A stretch of DNA of 39,904 nt from Patescibacteria group bacterium (GCA_041486955.1 JBGPML010000002.1:1-39904); one strand, 5' to 3'; shown: positions 25,564 through 37,075, counted from the stretch's first letter. Program-made: numbers and translations. The notes: generated from the sequence alone by a model not told the origin.

Positions 25564-26790
25564 ATGCGTTTATCGACCTATAATTTTAAGACCCGACGAG
25601 AGACTCCCCAAGATGCTGATTCAGCCAACGCAGCTCTATTAAGTCGTGGGCGATTTATCGAGAGAGGGATGACCGGGGTGTACAACTTTTTGCCTATGGG
25701 CTGGGTCGTAATGGAAAATATTATGTCGATCATCCGTAAGCACATGAATAGCACCGGTGCCTACGAAGGCCGCTTTACGACCTTGCAAGACAAACAGTTG
25801 TGGGATCGGGCTGGCCGTTGGGAGTCGGGTAAAGACATCATGTACCAATTTAAAGACCACGGAGAGAGAGAAGTTGGCCTTGGATTCACACATGAAGAGG
25901 TATTTGTTGATCTATTATCACGACAACCGCTATCATATGCTGATTTTCCGTATAAAGTATATCAATTTCAAACCAAGTTTCGGTTTGAAGCGAGACCAAA
26001 GTCTGGTTTGCTCCGCGGACGAGAATTTCTGATGAAAGATCTCTATAGCGCTCATGCCACCGACGAAGAGTTGAAAACGTATTACGATCAAGTCAAAGAG
26101 GCCTATCATACTATTTTTACCGAGCTAGGGATTCCGGTCATCGAAACGCTCGCATCAGGCGGCGTATTTACGGATAATTTTAGTCATGAGTTTCAAACCA
26201 TCTCACCGATTGGTGAGGATGAAGTTTACATCTGCGATCAATGTAAAATGGGCATAAATAAAGAGGTTATAGAAAAAGTCGGGCACAAGTGTCCTAATTG
26301 CGGCGGCACTCAATTTTCCATTGAAAAGACGATAGAAGTCGGCAATACATTTGATTTAGGCACGTATTATAGCGAAAAAATGGCGGTAACCTATGCCGAC
26401 TCAGAAGACGTACAAAAGCCGTTCTGGCTCGCCAGTTACGGTATTGGTATAAGTCGGGCGATGGGGACCATAGTTGAGCTGCATCATGACGACAAGGGCA
26501 TTATTTGGCCTGAATCTGTCGCACCCGCGTCGGTTCACCTCGTTGGATTGACCGAACGAGCCGAAGCAGTGTATCAACAGCTCATTGAAGCTGGAATTTT
26601 GGTGATATATGATGACCGAGCGTTAAGTGCTGGAGAAAAATTTGCCGATGCTGATTTGCTAGGCATGCCAGTACGAATAACCGTTGGCGCCAAAACTCCT
26701 GAAGGTCAGGTAGAATGGAAAAATCGTGATGGTGAAAGATCCGATAATATGACGCTCGAAACCGCCATAAATAAATTGAAGGAGGATTAA
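25564..26790 (+). CDS. proS: prolyl-tRNA synthetase, bacterial-type core lacking the INS editing domain, with a Cys4 ribbon in its place
   Basis: YQFQTKFRFEARPKSGLLRGREFLMKDLYS (motif 2), SHEFQ, EVGNTFDLGTYYS, SYGIGISR (motif 3), C-terminal anticodon-binding domain. CDQC...CPNC at residues ~224-246. Confidence 0.9.
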   Translation: MRLSTYNFKTRRETPQDADSANAALLSRGRFIERGMTGVYNFLPMGWVVMENIMSIIRKHMNSTGAYEGRFTTLQDKQLWDRAGRWESGKDIMYQFKDHGEREVGLGFTHEEVFVDLLSRQPLSYADFPYKVYQFQTKFRFEARPKSGLLRGREFLMKDLYSAHATDEELKTYYDQVKEAYHTIFTELGIPVIETLASGGVFTDNFSHEFQTISPIGEDEVYICDQCKMGINKEVIEKVGHKCPNCGGTQFSIEKTIEVGNTFDLGTYYSEKMAVTYADSEDVQKPFWLASYGIGISRAMGTIVELHHDDKGIIWPESVAPASVHLVGLTERAEAVYQQLIEAGILVIYDDRALSAGEKFADADLLGMPVRITVGAKTPEGQVEWKNRDGERSDNMTLETAINKLKED

Positions 26791-27587
26791 TGTCCGAAAC
26801 TTTGACTCCTTTACCGCCAGAGGCTGAAGAGTTCCATGCCCCAACATCCGATGAACGTCGTGAATATGCTCCCCCACAAGAAATTATTCGTCGACCAGAG
26901 CCATTAACCTCTCGAGACTACGAACTATTGCAATCATTGAGCCAGCGGCCAATTGAAGATATGACTGCGGCTGAAGTTGATATGTTCGAACTATTACTTA
27001 AACTTCAAGATCATGCCTTCCGAGACGATCTCACCGGTCTCCAGAATCGTAAGGCTTTTAATCGTGAAGTCGAGCGTGAACGAGTCAAACCCAGAGAGCA
27101 AACCCAAGATACCCATATATTTGTCATTGATATCAATAATTTTAAACAATTCAATACCCGTTATGGCCACCTTGGCGGCGACGTCGTATTGCAGCACATA
27201 GCTGCTCATATCGGACAAATAGTTGGGGAGACCCTCCGACAAAGTGATGTCGCGCTTCGTTATGCCGGTGATGAATTTTGTGTCATTGCCCAAACATCAC
27301 ACCCAGATATTCTAGCTTCTAGATTATATGAAGCAGTTGCCAATAATCCGGTCGAAATAGAAGGTCAACTAGTTAATTTGACCATTTCAATTGGTTATTC
27401 CAAACGAGAAGACGACGATTCTGATCTTCGAACGACCTTTGGTCGGGCGGATGATGCCCTATTAAATATTGCTAAGGCGAAAAAAGGTCACGATGAGCCA
27501 ACGATCGGTTATTACGGAGAGGAACTAGACGAGCAATATAAACCAAAAGTACCTCCGCCAGACGTGCTTGAAAACATGGGCGGATAG
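26790..27587 (+). CDS. GGDEF-domain protein (AGDEF active-site variant, RxxD I-site present)
   Basis: D..TGL.NR..F, RYGHLGGDVVL, LRQSDVALRYAGDEFCVI. RQSD lies 5 residues upstream of AGDEF. The start shares a base with the proS stop. Confidence 0.85.
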   Translation: MSETLTPLPPEAEEFHAPTSDERREYAPPQEIIRRPEPLTSRDYELLQSLSQRPIEDMTAAEVDMFELLLKLQDHAFRDDLTGLQNRKAFNREVERERVKPREQTQDTHIFVIDINNFKQFNTRYGHLGGDVVLQHIAAHIGQIVGETLRQSDVALRYAGDEFCVIAQTSHPDILASRLYEAVANNPVEIEGQLVNLTISIGYSKREDDDSDLRTTFGRADDALLNIAKAKKGHDEPTIGYYGEELDEQYKPKVPPPDVLENMGG

Positions 27588-27605
27588 GAAGGATTACGGA
27601 GGGAA

Positions 27606-28355
27606 ATGAAACGAATTGTCATTGGTAATTGGAAAATGAATCTCACTCTGGCTGAGGCAATTGTTCTGGGTCAGAGTTGTGCTCGTATTGCCGAATCACA
27701 CCATAATTTGACTATCGTTATTGCGCCATCTCTACCATGGCTCGTCCCGCTTCATGACGTGCTTCGAATCAAGCCTTCCAATTTCTATATTGCCAGCCAG
27801 TCAGTTAGTCGGGAAGACGATGGTGCGTACACCGGTGATGTTTCGGCTCATCAGTTAAAAGGAGTTGTAACGTACTCCCTTGTTGGCCATTCTGAACGCC
27901 GTCGGTTTCATCATGAAACTGGTTCTGCCATTTCTGATCAAGTGAAGCAGTTATTGCAGAATCGGATCACTCCAGTCGTCTGTTTTGGGGAGATGAAACA
28001 ATCACCGCAAGCAAATGTTTCCAACCAAATAACAGTCGATTTAAAGCACGATTTAGCTGGACTGACTCACGATCAAGTCAAAGAGTGTATCTTTGCCTAT
28101 GAGCCGCTCTGGGCGATCGGGACGGGCAATCCGGCGACGCCCGTTTATGCTGGAAAAGTTATTAACCATGTAAAAACCTGGTCTCAAGAACAATATGGCG
28201 AAGCCCTTTCGGTACTATACGGCGGAAGTGTGACGGAAAAGAATGCGGAAGCATTGGGGATTACTCAATCGATCGATGGTCTCCTTGTTGGTGGCGCTTC
28301 ACTTGAGGCGAAGCGATTTAAGGCAATTTGTAGTGTATTCCACCCACATGTATGA
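27606..28355 (+). CDS. tpiA: triosephosphate isomerase
   Basis: GNWKMN, VGHSERR, AYEPLWAIGTG, YGGSV motifs. Confidence 0.93.
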   Translation: MKRIVIGNWKMNLTLAEAIVLGQSCARIAESHHNLTIVIAPSLPWLVPLHDVLRIKPSNFYIASQSVSREDDGAYTGDVSAHQLKGVVTYSLVGHSERRRFHHETGSAISDQVKQLLQNRITPVVCFGEMKQSPQANVSNQITVDLKHDLAGLTHDQVKECIFAYEPLWAIGTGNPATPVYAGKVINHVKTWSQEQYGEALSVLYGGSVTEKNAEALGITQSIDGLLVGGASLEAKRFKAICSVFHPHV

Positions 28356-28414
28356 TGAAAATACGTGATAACGTAACTAATCAATTTTGATATTTGAACC
28401 ATACAGGAGGGTGC

Positions 28415-29449
28415 ATGGGCAAAATTGCCATTAATGGTTTTGGACGTATCGGACGAGTGGCGTATCGAGTGTTATTTGAACGTGGGTTACATAAATCGGT
28501 TGTCGCCGTGAATGATCTTACGGACTCACCAACGCTCGCTCATCTATTGTCCTACGACTCTAACTACGGCAAGATGAAAGCCAAAGTTGGATCGAAAGTT
28601 TACGATAATCAACCACCATATACCGGGGCCATTACAACCGATGACCACGCTTTTTATGTATTATCGGTCAAAGAGCCGAGTGAATTGCCATGGAAACAGC
28701 TCGGAATAGATGTCGTCATCGAATCAACCGGGCGATTTACTAACGCTGAAGGGATGCAAAAACACATCACCGCTGGTGCCAAGCGGGTATTACTCTCCGC
28801 TCCGGCTGAGGATGACGCCATTACAACAGTTGTCAAAGGCATTAATAACGAAGCGCTCAATAAAAATGTTGTGTTAGCCGCCAATGCTTCGTGTACTACC
28901 AACTGTATCGCACCCGTCGCCGCTGTTATTGTCGAAAAGTTTGGTGTGGAAAAAGCTATGATGACGACAATTCATTCCTATACCGCTGACCAGGTACTTC
29001 AGGATGGTCCGCATAAAGATTTGCGCCGAGCCCGGTCGGCGGCAATAAATATGGTCCCGACATCAACCGGGGCAACCATTGCGGCCGCTAAAGTCATTCC
29101 TGAATTGGAGGGCCTCTTTCAGGGTTTATCAATTCGTGTGCCAACTCCTGTTGGGTCGTTGTCTGATTTTACTTTCGTCACGAAAAAAGACACGACTATT
29201 GAAGAGGTGAATGCTGCACTCAAAGAAGCCAGTCAATCGGATCGATTCAAAGATTTGCTCGAAGTGACCGATGAACCTCTCGTATCGTGTGATATCGTCG
29301 GCTCACCAGCATCATCAATCGTGGATAGTGCTCTTACTCAGGTAGTAGGCGGGAATCTCGTTAAAGTTGTCGCTTGGTATGACAATGAATGGGGCTATGC
29401 ACATCGACTTATCGATCAAGTTGAAACAATGCTTACTCTCGACGCTTAA
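28415..29449 (+). CDS. gap: glyceraldehyde-3-phosphate dehydrogenase
   Basis: INGFGRIGR, NASCTTNC catalytic Cys, WYDNEWGY. SD AGGAGGG before ATG 28415. Confidence 0.95.
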   Translation: MGKIAINGFGRIGRVAYRVLFERGLHKSVVAVNDLTDSPTLAHLLSYDSNYGKMKAKVGSKVYDNQPPYTGAITTDDHAFYVLSVKEPSELPWKQLGIDVVIESTGRFTNAEGMQKHITAGAKRVLLSAPAEDDAITTVVKGINNEALNKNVVLAANASCTTNCIAPVAAVIVEKFGVEKAMMTTIHSYTADQVLQDGPHKDLRRARSAAINMVPTSTGATIAAAKVIPELEGLFQGLSIRVPTPVGSLSDFTFVTKKDTTIEEVNAALKEASQSDRFKDLLEVTDEPLVSCDIVGSPASSIVDSALTQVVGGNLVKVVAWYDNEWGYAHRLIDQVETMLTLDA

Positions 29450-29479
29450 TCCCGTCAGAGGGTTGGTAGAGAGGCGTCT

Positions 29480-30718
29480 ATGACAACGCGACCGATCATC
29501 ATCATTGGAGGGGGATTTGCCGGACTACGTGCGGCTCTTGATCTAGATAGACGCTATGGTCATGATTTAACCACGCCAATTTTTTTAATTGATGCCTCGC
29601 CAGATCATATTTACACCCCAAGTCTGTATGATATTGTCTCAACGCGTATTCCCCGAATTGCGACGATACCTTTTGAGTCTATATTAGAAAATACACATAT
29701 TCGCTTCATTCAAGAGCGGGTCGTCGTCGTTGATATTGATGCCAAGCAGGTTACGACAGAACGACGTCGATTGAAGTATGAAGATTTAGTCATTGCTATT
29801 GGCAGCCTGACGAGGCCGATTGAAACAAAGCATGATGAAACGGAAGATATTCTCAGTTGTCAAACAATTGAAGATGTTTTAGCGATTCGGACGAGAATTG
29901 AAGACTGTTTTGTCCGAGCCAGCCAACATCCCAACGCTCCATGTCATAATCACTTTTTTATTGCCGGAGGCGGGCTGACAGGAGTCGAATTTGCTGCCGG
30001 GTTAAACCAATATATTAAATCGTCCGCCGAACGTCATGGGGTTTCGGCTAAAGGAGTCATGGTTACGGTCTTAGAAGCTGGCGATCGGCTTGTGCCATCG
30101 CTTTCGCCTAAAGTCAGTCGTATGGTTCAAGCGATGCTCAAAAAAGAGGGTGTCACGGTATGTCTCAATACAAAAATGACCTGGAAAAACTATAAGCAGC
30201 TCAAAGTTGACGGTGAATCACTGCCACTTAAAACTGTTATTTGGACGGTTGGCTCTAAACCAGGTCGTTTAGTCTCAACGATTAAGGGACTCCGTCATGA
30301 CGAAGAAGGCAGAGTGCTTGTCGATGGCAGCCTACAAGCCGCCGGAGCTCCGAGAGTGTGGATTGCTGGTGATGCCGCTTCTGTTATAAATAGTGGTTTA
30401 GCTGATACGGCCGTCGATCATGGACGCCATATTGCCAAGGCAATTGAAGCGGTACGAGATGTTCAAGTGGCTCCCGGCTACCATCCTCATGAGCCGGCGG
30501 TAATTGTGACGCTCTCGTCACATTATGGTATTGCCGCTTCCGAAAAACGTATAGTCGACAGTACTCTGGTGGTATGGTATAAACGGATTAAAACCCTTCA
30601 GTATTTTAGCTCGATCGTGCCAATGATTTATGCGCTTCGGATATGGCTCGGAAGAGGGAGAGTGCTCAAAGAAGGTGGAAAGTTGTGTTATAAAACCGTA
30701 CCTTTGAAAGGAAGTTAA
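29480..30718 (+). CDS. FAD-dependent pyridine nucleotide-disulfide oxidoreductase (type II NADH dehydrogenase-like)
   Basis: IIIIGGGFAGLRAA and IAGGGLTGVEFA dinucleotide folds, WIAGDAA motif. Hydrophobic C-terminal tail. Confidence 0.7.
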   Translation: MTTRPIIIIGGGFAGLRAALDLDRRYGHDLTTPIFLIDASPDHIYTPSLYDIVSTRIPRIATIPFESILENTHIRFIQERVVVVDIDAKQVTTERRRLKYEDLVIAIGSLTRPIETKHDETEDILSCQTIEDVLAIRTRIEDCFVRASQHPNAPCHNHFFIAGGGLTGVEFAAGLNQYIKSSAERHGVSAKGVMVTVLEAGDRLVPSLSPKVSRMVQAMLKKEGVTVCLNTKMTWKNYKQLKVDGESLPLKTVIWTVGSKPGRLVSTIKGLRHDEEGRVLVDGSLQAAGAPRVWIAGDAASVINSGLADTAVDHGRHIAKAIEAVRDVQVAPGYHPHEPAVIVTLSSHYGIAASEKRIVDSTLVVWYKRIKTLQYFSSIVPMIYALRIWLGRGRVLKEGGKLCYKTVPLKGS

Positions 30719-30719
30719 C

Positions 30720-31739
30720 ATGATTCACACCCGTGCCCCGTACCGGATATTTGATTGCGGCGGTTGGACGGACACATCATTTATGCCAGGAGGGAACGGA
30801 GCGTGTTGTAATATAGCGGTTGATTTATGTGTTCGGATTGAATATAAACCTAACGATTCTAAAATGCTCTATGTCGAGCATAGAACGAGTGGAAAGACTG
30901 AAAGTATAAATTTACCTTTTGTTCCGAACAAAAAGAACAAACCGGAAACATTAGCCGAAGCAGCGGTTGCTGCCTTGAAACTTGATGCAATTCACGGGGG
31001 TAATATTGTTGTTGAATCTGATGTACCGCAGGGATCTGGTCTCGGTGGCTCTGCCAGTTATGGTGTGGCCCTCTTAGCTGCGCTTCGTCCCGAACTTCTG
31101 GAAGATAAGCATGCACTCGCGGAATTAGCCCAAGAATTGGAAACAAAATGGCTGGGTAATTCTTGCGGTACCCAAGACCAGATGGCAGCGAGTTTTGGTG
31201 GGATTTCCTATTCTGAAATCAACTACCCATTGTTTACCCACGAAGCAATTAATTGTTCTCCTTCATTTGCTAAGAGACTGCATGACAGTTTAATCCTTAT
31301 CTATACCGGCGAATCTCATTTTTCTTCCGATATGCATCAAACGGTTATCTCGGAATTGGAAAAAGAAAACCCGAAAGTCGTTGATGCATTTCATCGATTA
31401 AAATCGTGTGCCGATGAGGCCGCCGATGCTCTCAGGCAGGCTGACCTTACACGATATAAAGAAATGTTAAATGCCAATTGGCAAGCTCAGAAAGATTTAC
31501 ATCCAAATATCACAACCGGCGCAATTGAGGAAGTATATGAAACGATCAAAGCCATTGATCCGTCGTTAGCATTTAAAGGTAGCGGAGCCGGTGGAGGTGG
31601 GTCGGTTGGTGTGCTTGTTGAGCCGAAGCTAAAAAGCGACATTGTTCACACACTCGAAACGAAATTTCCAGCCATGAAAGTATGGAGTGATCTACATATC
31701 GACATGAATGGCGCCGTCTTGCTTCCTCACACCAGCTAA
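30720..31739 (+). CDS. GHMP-family sugar kinase (HddA/fucokinase-like)
   Basis: RAPYRIFDCGGWTD, PQGSGLGGSASYGVA (GHMP motif II), GTQDQ, GSGAGGGGS. Confidence 0.7.
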   Translation: MIHTRAPYRIFDCGGWTDTSFMPGGNGACCNIAVDLCVRIEYKPNDSKMLYVEHRTSGKTESINLPFVPNKKNKPETLAEAAVAALKLDAIHGGNIVVESDVPQGSGLGGSASYGVALLAALRPELLEDKHALAELAQELETKWLGNSCGTQDQMAASFGGISYSEINYPLFTHEAINCSPSFAKRLHDSLILIYTGESHFSSDMHQTVISELEKENPKVVDAFHRLKSCADEAADALRQADLTRYKEMLNANWQAQKDLHPNITTGAIEEVYETIKAIDPSLAFKGSGAGGGGSVGVLVEPKLKSDIVHTLETKFPAMKVWSDLHIDMNGAVLLPHTS

Positions 31740-31758
31740 TAAATTGAGGGAAGGATAT

Positions 31759-32895
31759 ATGGCATTAAAGCAGCTTAAAGATCTCACACTGGCCAAAAAA
31801 CGTGTTCTCATCCGGTTTGATGGTGATGTGCCGGTCGAAAAAGGAAAGATTACTGACGATTACCGCCTAAAAGCAGTAATTCCAACAGTTGAATACTGTT
31901 TGAAGCAAGGAGCCGAACTCATTTTAATGGGCCATCGAGGCAGACCGGATGGAAAATCCGATCCTGAGCTGTCTAATCAAATAGTTGCCGACTATTTTAC
32001 TGATACATTGGGGCAATCAGTCTATTTTGCCAAGGATTTTAGGCACACACTTCCCAAAAGCCAAATTACGGTCCTGGAGAATCTTCGTTTTAATAAAGGT
32101 GAAGAAGCGAATGATTCGCGATTTGCCAAACAACTAGCCAGTTTTGGTGATGTTTATGTCAACGATGCCTTTGCGGTTAGTCATCGAGCCCACGCTTCGG
32201 TAGTTGGTGTTCCCAAATTATTGCCGCATGCGGCGGGATTCCAGCTCGCCGAAGAAGTAATACAACTAACTCCGTTAAAAGATCATGCCGATGAACCGTA
32301 TATCGTTGTGCTCGGAGGGGCGAAAGCCAGTGATAAATCGCCTATAATTGCTGATTTAATTAATCGGTCGGATGCAATTATCATTGGTGGGTTAGTGGCC
32401 GTAACTTATTTAGCCGCCATGGGCAAACGGGTCGGAACTCACAAAATTGAAACCGACGAAGTAACTCTAGCCCGTAAAATCATTCGCCAAGCCAAAGAGG
32501 CAGATGTGCCTATAATTATCCCAATTGATTTTGTCAATCAAAAGAGCGAGAGCAAAAAAATAAGTGAATTTGCTCACTCTGACACTATGCTTGATATTGG
32601 ATCAGAAACCATCAGGCTTTTTGCCAAAGAGATAGATCGAGCCAATACCCTTTTCTGGAATGGCGCGATGGGTAAGTTTGAAGATCCAAAGTTTTCAAAA
32701 GGAACGGTTGAAGTCGGACGGGCCATCAAAGCCAGTGATGCTGATATTAAAATCGGAAGCGGTGGGGATACCGTTGGTGCGATTCACCAACATAAACTCG
32801 AAAAAGGCTTTACTTATATATCGACCGGCGGGGGAGCTACACTAGAGTTTATCGCCGGAAAAGAATTACCAGGTATTGAAGCTCTGGAAAAATAA
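31759..32895 (+). CDS. pgk: phosphoglycerate kinase
   Basis: RFDGDVP, ILMGHRGRP, ENLRFNKGEE, VNDAFAVSHRAHAS, WNGAMG.FE, STGGGA. SD GAGGGAAGGA before ATG 31759. Confidence 0.95.
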   Translation: MALKQLKDLTLAKKRVLIRFDGDVPVEKGKITDDYRLKAVIPTVEYCLKQGAELILMGHRGRPDGKSDPELSNQIVADYFTDTLGQSVYFAKDFRHTLPKSQITVLENLRFNKGEEANDSRFAKQLASFGDVYVNDAFAVSHRAHASVVGVPKLLPHAAGFQLAEEVIQLTPLKDHADEPYIVVLGGAKASDKSPIIADLINRSDAIIIGGLVAVTYLAAMGKRVGTHKIETDEVTLARKIIRQAKEADVPIIIPIDFVNQKSESKKISEFAHSDTMLDIGSETIRLFAKEIDRANTLFWNGAMGKFEDPKFSKGTVEVGRAIKASDADIKIGSGGDTVGAIHQHKLEKGFTYISTGGGATLEFIAGKELPGIEALEK

Positions 32896-32955
32896 GGCCC
32901 TAGTTTGGCCATAGTTACCTTGTCTTGAAGCTGTTTTTCAGGTATAGTTACAAAT

Positions 32956-34167
32956 ATGAAATCAAAGATTGAGAAACTCCCAAACGCTCGTGTGAAAATT
33001 CAAATCACTGCCGATTCAGCGGATTTAGCTCATGAGACAGAGCATACGTTAGCTCACACGACGGCCCATGCGGTAGTTAAAGGGTTTCGTCCTGGTAAAG
33101 CCCCAAAACCGCTCTTAGTCCAAACAGTTGGTAAGGGACGGATTTTGAGTGAGCTTGTTGATCATTCTCTGCCGGAACTCTTACAGCAAGTCGTTGAAAA
33201 AGAAAATATAATTGTAATTGAAGCGCCAAAGTACAGTTTGGATAAATTGCCTGAATTAAATGGCGATGGCTCGCTAAAAGAAGATTCAGTTTTGGAATTT
33301 ACGGCCGAAGCTGATTATGCGCCCGACGTACAAGTTGGTGACTATAATAAAATAAAGATTAAGCCACCAAAGCAAGAAGATGTGACCGATAAAATGATTG
33401 GCGATATTTTACATGATTTAGCTGAGCGTCGAGCCACATTTGCTAAGGTTGATCGAGCGGCCAAAGAAGGCGATCGAGTCGAGATTAGCTTTACTGGTAA
33501 GCGGAATGGAATTCCGGAGGAACGATTGGGCAGTACCAATCACCCGATAATTTTGGGTTCAAATACAATGATTCCTGGCTTTGAGGATGAGCTTGTTGGT
33601 GAAAAAGCTGGGCAAACCCATAACTTTGAAATTGCTTTTCCGAAAGATTATCATGCCAAAGATTTAGCTGACGAAAAGGTAGTCTTTGAAGTGACGATTC
33701 ACAATGTAGACGAAAAGAAGTTACCGGAAATAAATGATGCCTTAGCGGTTGAATTTGGCCATAAGAAACTTGATGAGCTTAAGGAAGCGATTAAACAAGA
33801 GCGTGAATTTGCGGCCGCTCAAAAAGTTAAAGAAGAAACCGAATCGGCGACGCTCGAAGCGTTTCAAAAGCTGGTTAAGCTGGAAGTGCCAAACAGTTTG
33901 GTTGAGCGAGAAATTGACCGTCAGGTTGATACGCTCCGCGAACAAACACAGGCTTATGGCCTAACTTTCGATAATTATTTAAAACACATTAAGAAAACAG
34001 AAGAAGAGTTGCATACAGACATGCGTCCAAATTCAGAAAAAGCGGTGATTATTGGCCTTGGGCTTGGCGAAGTCGTGAAGCGCGAAAAGATTGAAGACGA
34101 AAACCCTGGTGTCGCTGCCATTGCTAAATTAGTCGAAATTGCGACAGGTGAGTCGACAAAAAAATAA
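32956..34167 (+). CDS. tig: trigger factor
   Basis: N-terminal ribosome-binding region with GFRPGKAP, central FKBP-like GKRNG...IPGFEDELVG, helical C-terminal domain. Confidence 0.85.
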   Translation: MKSKIEKLPNARVKIQITADSADLAHETEHTLAHTTAHAVVKGFRPGKAPKPLLVQTVGKGRILSELVDHSLPELLQQVVEKENIIVIEAPKYSLDKLPELNGDGSLKEDSVLEFTAEADYAPDVQVGDYNKIKIKPPKQEDVTDKMIGDILHDLAERRATFAKVDRAAKEGDRVEISFTGKRNGIPEERLGSTNHPIILGSNTMIPGFEDELVGEKAGQTHNFEIAFPKDYHAKDLADEKVVFEVTIHNVDEKKLPEINDALAVEFGHKKLDELKEAIKQEREFAAAQKVKEETESATLEAFQKLVKLEVPNSLVEREIDRQVDTLREQTQAYGLTFDNYLKHIKKTEEELHTDMRPNSEKAVIIGLGLGEVVKREKIEDENPGVAAIAKLVEIATGESTKK

Positions 34168-34220
34168 ATTTCGATACTATAAATAGACGTCAATCAGAAA
34201 AATGCTAAGGGAGGGCGAAG

Positions 34221-34376
34221 ATGGAGCCGCTTAGTGTCTCGCCAGTTAACTGGCGGTGGGAGCTCGAACGGATTGGGATTTTCCTGATCTGTTTAGTCCT
34301 TATAGTCCTGACCAGTATTGAATTAGCTTTTCTATTTATTCCTTACCATCTTCGGTTGATTGATCGACAAAGATGA
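34221..34376 (+). CDS. possible 51-aa small membrane protein
   Basis: SD GGGAGGG 5 nt before the ATG. Central TM IGIFLICLVLIVLTSIELAFLFI. Followed by a terminator. Below the ORF-track cutoff. Confidence 0.3.
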   Translation: MEPLSVSPVNWRWELERIGIFLICLVLIVLTSIELAFLFIPYHLRLIDRQR

Positions 34377-34380
34377 CTCA

Positions 34381-34416
34381 TTGGGCATCAGTGACTCTAC
34401 TGCGCTGCCCAATTTT
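34381..34416 (+). terminator. hairpin ttgggca-N18-tgcccaa followed by TTTT
   Basis: Read directly. Sits just before the clpP promoter. Confidence 0.55.
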
Positions 34417-34432
34417 CATATGTAAAGAAGAC

Positions 34433-34461
34433 TTGACATTTTGAGTTGTCGTACGTATAAA
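34433..34461 (+). promoter_or_regulatory. sigma70-like promoter TTGACA-17-TATAAA for clpP
   Basis: Consensus -35, 17-nt spacer, near-consensus -10. SD AAGGAG then ATG 34495. Confidence 0.6.
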
Positions 34462-34494
34462 TAAAGTTAATAGAATTATTTTGTAAGGAGTTAT

Positions 34495-35190
34495 ATGAAC
34501 CCCAAAAATCAATTTGGCTCTGCCAATGCAGAGCATCTGGGCAAATCGCTTCCGCAAAGTGTCGGCTCCGCCGAGTTATATAAATCTTTGCGTAATCAAA
34601 TTTTAGTTCCGACTGTGCTTGAAAAAACACAGTTTGGCGAGCGTGCCTATGATATTTATTCACGCCTGCTTAAAGATCGAATTATATTTATTGGAACAGG
34701 TATCGACGACCATGTTGCCAATTTAGTTATGGCTCAATTGCTGTTTTTAGATGCTGAAGATCCCAAGAAAGATATCCAACTTTATATCAATAGCCCGGGT
34801 GGGTCAGTCTCTGCCGGTTTAGCGGTTTACGACACGATGAATTACGTTAAAGCTGACGTATCTACTATATGTATGGGCATGGCCGCTTCAATGGGAGCCT
34901 TCCTTTTAGCCGGCGGACAAAAAGGCAAGCGATTTGCCTTACCTAACTCCCGCGTTATGATCCATCAGGTTATGGGTGGAGTGGAAGGTCAAGCGACTGA
35001 TATTGAAATTACAGCTCGAGAAATTTTGAAACTTAAGAAACTACTAAATGAAGAGTTGGCGAAGAATACGGGTCAATCATTCGATAAAGTGTCTGCAGAC
35101 ACAGAGCGGGACTACTGGCTCGAGTCCAAAGCAGCAAAAGAATACGGCCTCATCGATGACGTCATTGGACAAAACGAAATCGCTAAGTAA
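34495..35190 (+). CDS. clpP: ATP-dependent Clp protease proteolytic subunit
   Basis: [29 protein letters not shown] (Ser), MIHQ (His). ~30-aa N-terminal extension. Confidence 0.95.
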   Translation: MNPKNQFGSANAEHLGKSLPQSVGSAELYKSLRNQILVPTVLEKTQFGERAYDIYSRLLKDRIIFIGTGIDDHVANLVMAQLLFLDAEDPKKDIQLYINSPGGSVSAGLAVYDTMNYVKADVSTICMGMAASMGAFLLAGGQKGKRFALPNSRVMIHQVMGGVEGQATDIEITAREILKLKKLLNEELAKNTGQSFDKVSADTERDYWLESKAAKEYGLIDDVIGQNEIAK

Positions 35191-35202
35191 ATAATAAAAA
35201 AA

Positions 35203-35227
35203 CCGAGCTTCGTCGCTCGGGTTTTTT
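35203..35227 (+). terminator. rho-independent terminator after clpP
   Basis: ccgagc-ttcgtc-gctcgg followed by T6, with an A-run upstream. Confidence 0.8.
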
Positions 35228-35242
35228 AAATAGAGAATACTG

Positions 35243-35271
35243 TTGACAACAGGTTTGGATTTCGGTATCAT
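35243..35271 (+). promoter_or_regulatory. sigma70-like promoter TTGACA-17-TATCAT upstream of 16S rRNA
   Basis: Read directly, ~260 nt upstream of the mature 16S 5' end. Confidence 0.55.
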
Positions 35272-35385
35272 TACTTTTAGATCAAGAGCCGACAATATCG
35301 GAAAATTTTGAAGTCTTTTAAAAATTTAATCCACCAAACCGCGCAACTATTAGCAGGAAATTCCGCCCCCCGGCGGAACCGAGTT

Positions 35386-35402
35386 TGTGCGGTTGTAAGA
35401 AA
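35386..35402 (+). other. 5' strand of the 16S processing stem
   Basis: tgtgcggttgtaagaaa is the perfect 17-nt complement of 37155-37171. Confidence 0.7.
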
Positions 35403-35527
35403 TGAGTCGTTTTTGAAAATAGCGACTCAGTGCAATATAAATAATTATTTTCAAACGGCCCTCCCTAGCTTGCTGCGAAGGGGGGTAACAAAGAACTCAA
35501 ACCTCCTACCGGAGGGTCCATAGTTCT

Positions 35528-37075
<1,548 letters not shown>

